Source: Candidatus Scalindua sp. (GTDB lineage Bacteria; Planctomycetota; Brocadiia; Brocadiales; Scalinduaceae). From it: a DNA stretch of 32,000 nt. The stretch is from positions 3,210,001 to 3,242,000 of the forward strand of contig JALDRA010000001.1 of NCBI GenBank assembly GCA_031316235.1. The letters are read 5' to 3'. Within the stretch, counting starts at the first letter, position 1; every line of letters starts with the position of its first letter. The notes under the pieces are model-generated. The model had not been told where the DNA came from and made no database searches. It saw only the letters and a list, made by a program, of their open reading frames with translations. Position numbers and translations under genes: made by a program. Below, one piece after another: positions 26,785 to 32,000 of the stretch.

Positions 26785-28212
26785 TTATAAGGAAAATAAA
26801 GTTTTAATCACATAATAAAATACTGCGGTTAGTAATGCACCGGCAGGTATGGTTATTACCCATGAAATCAAAATATCTCTGATGGTTCTGAGATTTAAGG
26901 AGGTAAAGCCTCTGGCCATTCCCACACCGAGAACGGCGCCGACAAGAGTGTGTGTTGTGGATACAGGTAAGGCGAGTTTAGAGGCAAGTACAATCGTTAT
27001 GGCGGCTCCGAATTCAGCAGAAAAACCTCTTGTGGGAGTCAGTTCGGTGATCTGATTTCCGATAGTAGCAATAACACGCCATCCCCACGTAGCCAGCCCG
27101 ACAATTATCCCTATGCCACCCAGGAGAAGTACAAGTATGGGGACTTCAGCCTTTACTCCTACTATGCCCGATTTAATTGTAGAGAGAACTCCTGCTAATG
27201 GCCCGATAGCGTTGGCTACGTCATTCGCACCGTGAGCAAAGGCAACAAAGCAGGCGCTCAAAATCTGCAAATAAACAAAGATCTTTTCCACGGTTTGGTA
27301 CTCTTTACTGATGTGTTTGGTTTCAAAGAATTTTCCAAACCGGTCTGAGATCTTTTCTGTTTTAGTCAACAAATTGGCTATTTCATCGGAAAGCTCTCCC
27401 GTGACGGAATCCTTTGCCTTGCGAAGGTGCATGGTTACCTTTTTCATGCTTCTCTTTACCTTTGGATCGATTAGTTCACTCCCGCCATGTTGCCTCTGCG
27501 ATTCATTAATTTTATTAACAAGGGGGATACTGATGAGGGCTCCTGATAAACCGACCAGGGAGGCAAGGATCAGGGCATGTGTCAGAGACAGATCGAGATG
27601 GAGATTTTTTAATCCTTTGAAAACCAGAACCAATGTTAATATTCCAAGAACAAAGAATACCAGAAACGGTGTTAATCTTTTTGCTGATTTGACAGGAGTC
27701 GCTGAATAAAAAATAACTTTTCTTAAAAGACAAAAGATTAAGAAAGAGATCGTTCCGCTTAAAAGCGGAGATATCACCCAGCTTGCAGCAATCTGCGATA
27801 CCTTATCCCAATGAATGGAGGAGGATCCGCCGGAGATGATGCCAAACCCCAGAACGGATCCTACGATTGAATGGGTGGTAGAGACCGGCCATCCTCTGTA
27901 CGAGGCAAAGTTCAACCATGTACCGGCTGCCATTAATGCAGCGAGCATTCCATAGATATAACAATTTGGGTTATCAGAAAAAAGAGAGGGGTCGACGATT
28001 CCCTTTCTAACCGTGTCTGTGACGTGTGAACCGACGAGAAATGCGCCGGCAAATTCCATGACGGCAGCGACAAGGATCGCCTGTTTCAGGGTTAACGCCC
28101 CTGAACCGACGGATGTTCCCATGGCGTTTGCAACATCGTTTGCTCCAATATTCCACGCCATGTAGAAGCTGACAGATAAGGCAGTTATAATGAGTATTGT
28201 TTCGACGTTCAA
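26785..28212 (-). CDS. pit: Inorganic phosphate transporter, PiT (PHO4) family
   Basis: 475 aa. Duplicated GANDVANA signature ([12 protein letters not shown] and [12 protein letters not shown]) with a large central hydrophilic loop. TTG start. Confidence 0.92.
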   Translation of the reverse strand: MNVETILIITALSVSFYMAWNIGANDVANAMGTSVGSGALTLKQAILVAAVMEFAGAFLVGSHVTDTVRKGIVDPSLFSDNPNCYIYGMLAALMAAGTWLNFASYRGWPVSTTHSIVGSVLGFGIISGGSSSIHWDKVSQIAASWVISPLLSGTISFLIFCLLRKVIFYSATPVKSAKRLTPFLVFFVLGILTLVLVFKGLKNLHLDLSLTHALILASLVGLSGALISIPLVNKINESQRQHGGSELIDPKVKRSMKKVTMHLRKAKDSVTGELSDEIANLLTKTEKISDRFGKFFETKHISKEYQTVEKIFVYLQILSACFVAFAHGANDVANAIGPLAGVLSTIKSGIVGVKAEVPILVLLLGGIGIIVGLATWGWRVIATIGNQITELTPTRGFSAEFGAAITIVLASKLALPVSTTHTLVGAVLGVGMARGFTSLNLRTIRDILISWVITIPAGALLTAVFYYVIKTLFSL

Positions 28213-28230
28213 AAGAATCTTTCTCTAGAG

Positions 28231-28905
28231 TTACTCAAGGTCTAGCAGGTTGCGAATACGGTGGGCCAGTTTCTCAGAAGTGTTTGATAATGCTCTTGTT
28301 TCTTTGAAGATCAATAACCACAATTGGAATTCTCCATGGCTGAAATGTTCTTCATTGCTGAACATATTCTTCAGCAACTGCCTTTGAGACAAATCGCTTT
28401 CGTGCTCTTTAAGGGCAACAGCCTGAACCATAGACTTCACTTTCTCTGCTTCACGACCTGTAAATGATGTCTCAAGGAGGTTATCAAACTCCTCTATGAT
28501 AATTTTGACAAGATCAAACGTCTCTAAATTCTTTTTGAAAAAGTTTTCGATATCTTCTTTGAGAATCTCTTTTATCTTGAGTTCTTTCAGCGTCAGGAGG
28601 ACCGCAATATCTTCGCAGTCGTCAGCAATGTCATCCTGCAATGAAAGTATTTCCAGTAATGCACCCTTGCTGATAGGCATAAAGAGATTACTGGGCAGAT
28701 GGTTACGTAATTCATTCTTTGTTGCGTCCGCCTTTGCTTCCAGTTTTGAAACTTCCTTTGCTATTCGTGCGACTGTTTTGGTATCCTCTTTTCCCAGGGC
28801 ATCAAAGATATCTTTTAACCTTTCCACACAGAGATTAACATCCTGCATGTGCTTTTGCAGCGGAGCGAAGGGAGATTTTAAAAATAATTTAGCTAACGTT
28901 CTCAT
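28231..28905 (-). CDS. DUF47/TIGR00153-type PhoU-like protein (usual PiT partner)
   Basis: 224 aa, all-helical. FAPL..H N-terminus and the E..AD.....L....LFMPI..GALLEIL..D.IAD pattern. Stop is 18 nt before the PiT start. Confidence 0.82.
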   Translation of the reverse strand: MRTLAKLFLKSPFAPLQKHMQDVNLCVERLKDIFDALGKEDTKTVARIAKEVSKLEAKADATKNELRNHLPSNLFMPISKGALLEILSLQDDIADDCEDIAVLLTLKELKIKEILKEDIENFFKKNLETFDLVKIIIEEFDNLLETSFTGREAEKVKSMVQAVALKEHESDLSQRQLLKNMFSNEEHFSHGEFQLWLLIFKETRALSNTSEKLAHRIRNLLDLE

Positions 28906-28953
28906 ATCGATTGGGTAAAAAGATTTTTTATGATATAAAGGGTATATTGCCGT

Positions 28954-28983
28954 ATATTAAAACAGAAATTACCGAGATTTCAA
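28954..28983 (-). promoter_or_regulatory. Sigma70-like promoter candidate for the DUF47-pit-pstB-phoU operon (TTGAAA-18 nt-TAATAT)
   Basis: On the minus strand, -35 is TTGAAA (28983-28978) and -10 is TAATAT (28959-28954). It overlaps the CTGTT direct repeats. Confidence 0.35.
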
Positions 28984-29239
28984 CAGTTATTTCAGGATTT
29001 GTATATATTGCAGATTTCACGGGAAAGAGATGATACAATCCGGGATTATAGTCAGGTAATACTGATGAGTGAACCGGGCAATGAGAGGAGATTCTATACT
29101 TTAACTTTTTATTTTTTCAGCAATCTGTCCGCATGGTTTATTGTATGTTTCATTGAAAATTTATCTCGTAATGTTCTTTTCTGTTCTTGACCAAATTGTT
29201 CATTCTTATGTATTACACTGCGGGTAAACTTCGTTTTGA

Positions 29240-29668
29240 TTAGACCTTTTCCCACTTTTCCACGTTGCCGCTGACTTTCTTAAAGATTGGATGAAACTTT
29301 ATTCTTTTTACCGTTTCTAACCGGGCAAACCGTTCTGGATCTCTTTCTTTCAGTTTTCGTAGGAGATGCTGAAATTCGTACTCCAGTTGCCCACTGGTAA
29401 CTGGTATCGTTCCTTTATAGTCTTTATGGATAATCTTGCTTCTGTCAAAGTTGTAACCACGGCAGTCTGCTTCATTAACTATGCCTCTTAAAAAGCTGGC
29501 TATGGCTCTACCAGGATTGGTTGTTTTTTTAAATCTCATTAATTGGGGATGGTTTTTATAACCCTTCGTTTTTCCGAGCAATACCTTTTGGGCTAAAAGT
29601 CCTTCTCTCCATAACGCAACCAACCCCTTTGTATCTAAAAAACCAGGGTGTAATGACCAAAGTCTCAT
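29240..29668 (-). CDS. Pyrimidine dimer DNA glycosylase (DenV/endonuclease V-like family)
   Basis: 142 aa. The N-terminus MRLWSLHPGFLDTKGLVALWREGLLAQKVL..KTKGYKNHPQL is typical of this family. Confidence 0.85.
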   Translation of the reverse strand: MRLWSLHPGFLDTKGLVALWREGLLAQKVLLGKTKGYKNHPQLMRFKKTTNPGRAIASFLRGIVNEADCRGYNFDRSKIIHKDYKGTIPVTSGQLEYEFQHLLRKLKERDPERFARLETVKRIKFHPIFKKVSGNVEKWEKV

Positions 29669-29743
29669 GATTATCCTACAGCAACACGACGTGAAAGCTC
29701 CTTGGCTGAGAGGTCAAGTGCCGCAACCCTGTGAGCTATTATA

Positions 29744-29938
29744 CTATTGTTTGAATCCATCTGATGGCTCACGATCCGAATAACGGTAAACGGAATTCCC
29801 GATCGGATCGGCCACAGCAAAACCCCTATCTTCCCTTGGTTTGTCTTACTGTGGCCCCTGCAACCCGGGCTGCTGTGTATTGATATCGCCAATACCCCTG
29901 ATTAACACCCAGAGCCGTAAATGATCATTTTGACTCAT
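29744..29938 (-). pseudogene. Possible relic of a VOC/glyoxalase-family gene
   Basis: One minus-strand frame reads MSQNDHLRLWVLIRGIGDINTQQPGLQGPQ, a TAA stop, then DKPREDRGFAVADPIGNSVYRYSDRE. The second part resembles the C-terminal PWG.R.F.V.DPDGN motif of VOC proteins. It is too short to be a full domain. Confidence 0.35.
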
Positions 29939-30478
29939 TCACACCAGCAATATTTTCAGACCAATTAAAACAAGTACAATACCACCAAACAATTCTGCTT
30001 TGCTCTCCAGCCATGTACCACTTATCGTTCCGATAAAGACACCTATCCAGCTAAAGATACAAGTAGTAACACCAATGATGAGGCAGGCAGTAAACGGACC
30101 GATATCAAGTAAAGTCAACGCAAAACCAGCAGCCATGGCATCGACGCTTGTGGCGATCGCAAGCATCAGCATTGCTCTGTGAGTTATGTTTGTAATAGCT
30201 ACTTCAATTCCATTGGCAAAAGACGCATAAATCATCTTTCCGCCTATCAAACCAAGCAGGCAAAGGGAGACCCAGGGCGCATATGCTTCAATCCACCCCA
30301 ACACCCCTTTACCACCCAAGTACCCAACCAATGGCATTAATGCCTGAAACAATCCAAAATAAGATCCAGACAGAAGCGATAATGATGCCGGTTTTCTCTT
30401 ATGTTTTGAACCCAATCCGATAGATACAGCAAAAGCATCCATACTCAGTGCAATTGCCAGGAGAAATACTTCAACCAC
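29939..30478 (-). CDS. mntP: Manganese efflux pump MntP
   Basis: [11 protein letters not shown] and SVDAMAAGF repeats, six hydrophobic helices. I prefer GTG 30478, 9 nt after GGAGG. The tracked TTG at 30487 directly abuts the SD. Confidence 0.9.
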   Translation of the reverse strand: MVEVFLLAIALSMDAFAVSIGLGSKHKRKPASLSLLSGSYFGLFQALMPLVGYLGGKGVLGWIEAYAPWVSLCLLGLIGGKMIYASFANGIEVAITNITHRAMLMLAIATSVDAMAAGFALTLLDIGPFTACLIIGVTTCIFSWIGVFIGTISGTWLESKAELFGGIVLVLIGLKILLV

Positions 30479-30517
30479 GGAGACCAACCTCCATTAAAGA
30501 AGAAGGTTAAGGAATAT

Positions 30518-30658
30518 TTACGAAAACCGATCTGGTTTTAGATTTTTCTACAAACCAAAGTCTGGTTAATGGTATCCCCGGACAAAAAACGCCGAGGACT
30601 TGTACTCGCTCCTTTTTTTTCCGGATTTTATCCGAAATTCAGTATAAGATGAGTATAT
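30518..30658 (-). repeat. Copy E (long variant) of the dispersed repeat family
   Basis: The reverse complement begins TATACTCATCTTATACTGAATTTCGGATAAAATCCGG and ends AAAACCAGATCGGTTTTCGTAA. It aligns with copy A along its length and ends 39 nt upstream of the mntP start. Confidence 0.85.
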
Positions 30659-30733
30659 AAAGCGTAACGAATGACAGCCCAGTGGACGCTACGCAGCAGC
30701 CAGGTCGGCTAGTGAAGACATCTGTTCTGCAGA

Positions 30734-31075
30734 TTAACTCCTGAATAAAAAGTATACAGCCCCAACAAGACAAAGTCCCGCCCATAGATAATCGAGTTTC
30801 AGCGGCTCTTTTAAATAATACAATGAAAATGGAACAAAAACACTCAAAGTGATGACTTCTTGAATTATCTTTAATTGCCCGACGGATAAAACTGTATAGC
30901 CAATCCGATTTGCTGGAACCTGTAACAAATATTCGAATAGTGCGATACCCCAGCTGATAAGTGCGGCTACAACCCAAAGTGTTTTATTAAGCTCCTTGAG
31001 GTGTGCATACCATGCAAATGTCATAAAAACATTGCTGCAAATCAGAAGAATAATTGCTGATACTACCGGATTCAA
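30734..31075 (-). CDS. Small DMT-superfamily membrane protein (DUF486-like)
   Basis: 113 aa. The NVFMTFAWYAHLK N-terminal motif and four helices are typical of this family. TTG start. Confidence 0.75.
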   Translation of the reverse strand: MNPVVSAIILLICSNVFMTFAWYAHLKELNKTLWVVAALISWGIALFEYLLQVPANRIGYTVLSVGQLKIIQEVITLSVFVPFSLYYLKEPLKLDYLWAGLCLVGAVYFLFRS

Positions 31076-31249
31076 CTGTTTATCACTCTCATTGCCTGAC
31101 GTTCCGTATCATGGGACAAACCTGATCTATTGACAAATGTGTCTTATTAGATTTTCTCAAGGATTATACAGTTAACAGTTTGGATTACAAGAATTTGTTG
31201 GAGGTTATTAGTTTTCAGGTAAATCCATTTATTGGTAAATAGAGATAAC

Positions 31250-31362
31250 TATACGAAAACCGATTTGGTTTCCGGTTTTTCTGAAAAACAAATCTTGGTT
31301 GCAGTTATACTCGCTCCGCTTTTACTCGGATTTTATCCGAAATCCAGTATGAAATGAGTATA
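31250..31362 (-). repeat. Copy F (short variant) of the dispersed repeat family, abutting the truncated transposase gene
   Basis: The reverse complement TATACTCATTTCATACTGGATTTCGGATAAAATCCGAGTAAAAGCGGAGCGAGTATAACTGCAACCAAG... is near-identical to copy C over the first ~70 nt. Confidence 0.85.
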
Positions 31363-31667
31363 ACGTCCCTGATAGAGATGTCCGCAGCGTTTATGCCTTC
31401 TGTTTTGTAATACACTGTGTAAGCCGTATTAAATCTTTGTGCAAAGCGGGCAAGGTTTCCGTATGGTGTATGAAGGATAAGATGGAAGTGGTTTTCCATA
31501 AGGACATATCCATGTAATTGAACCATATACTTTTCCAGACTATCCTTCAATATAGTGAGGAATTCTTTCCGATTGGTGTCATCTTTAACTATACGGTTCC
31601 GTTCGCAACATCGAGAGGTAAAATGATACCATGCTCCCGGGTATTCTATTCGTAACGGTCTCGCCAT
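31333..31667 (-). pseudogene. Frameshifted and 3'-truncated IS200/RAYT-type HUH (Y1) transposase gene
   Basis: MARPLRIEYPGAWYHFTSR...HGYVLMENHFHLILHTP (HUH motif HFH). After a frameshift in the A-run at 31403-31406, a second frame reads NRRHKRCGHLYQGRY (catalytic Tyr motif). It then runs into repeat F and stops at 31333. The usual roughly 60-100 aa C-terminal part is absent. Confidence 0.8.
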
Positions 31668-31910
31668 GTCGATAAACTGACAAAATAGATTGATAATGTC
31701 AATAGATAAGGTTTTGATCCTATATTGCTCTATACGGTGTGCAGGGATGCACTCAAAATAACAAGTCATTAAATGGTGTTTCATCGAACATCCTTATCTT
31801 TGGTGCAGTATAATAGCTAAAAACAGGACATTTTTATTCAGCCTTGACAGTCGTAGATTTTTATATTGACAAATAAAATATTTCAGTGTACTTTCGAAAT
31901 TGCCAACCCA

Positions 31911-31950
31911 CATCATCGTTTTTCGGATAAGAGACATTTGGTTTGGTATT
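31911..31950 (+). repeat. Degenerate mini-copy G of the repeat family
   Basis: CATCATCGTTTTTCGGATAAGAGACATTTGGTTTGGTATT matches copy A head (TCATCGT..TTTTCGGATAA) and tail (GATTTGGTTTTAGTAT) with the middle deleted. Its orientation is opposite to copy F. Confidence 0.35.
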
Positions 31951-32000
31951 CAAAACGATTTTGTTAGTGAAGGGACTCCATAGTTAATCAGTAATTAATT

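Noticed and set aside
29671-29892. 73-aa ORF between mntP and the glycosylase gene
   Set aside because: TTG start with no RBS and an odd composition. A different frame of the same DNA shows VOC-like remnants, so this ORF is probably fortuitous.
30479-30733. yybP-ykoY manganese riboswitch upstream of mntP
   Set aside because: The conserved GGGGAGUAGC and UUGACAUA loop sequences are not present. The leader is occupied by repeat copy E.

Overview
Bacterial chromosomal segment, roughly 40% GC by eye. I found no rRNA, tRNA or CRISPR array. Most of it is housekeeping genes: cvpA-recA, an AhbD/NirJ-like radical SAM gene, a class-V aminotransferase, trpC, hemA with a CcsA/HemX-like partner, and an overlapping NYN-rnc pair. 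A long co-directional array follows: pheA-tpiA-secG-yicC-gmk-coaC-dut-ftsK-pgsA. There is also a metal-homeostasis stretch (czcD, ZIP, MntP), a single-domain protoglobin and an FmdE-like protein. In the phosphate module, DUF47-PiT sits in one tight operon with pstB-phoU, and pstSCA is absent. Four things are not explained by the ORF track. (1) A dispersed family of about 90-140 bp hairpin-bearing repeats has copies starting at 51, 5205, 17259, 30518 and 31250, plus a degenerate copy at 31911. Every copy is co-oriented with the next downstream gene. Two copies flank a frameshifted, truncated IS200/RAYT-type HUH transposase gene, a REP/RAYT-like arrangement. (2) There are gene relics without intact ORFs: a CbiF-like tetrapyrrole methylase fragment abutting phoU and a VOC-like fragment abutting mntP. 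(3) A 570-bp ORF-poor, GC-enriched, hairpin-rich spacer lies at 9460-10030 and I could not identify it. (4) There are coding tandem repeats (a His-rich SecG tail, the FtsK linker) and a 31-bp tandem duplication at the cvpA/recA junction. Taxonomy cannot be established from the sequence alone. All homology calls are motif recognition by eye, not searches.
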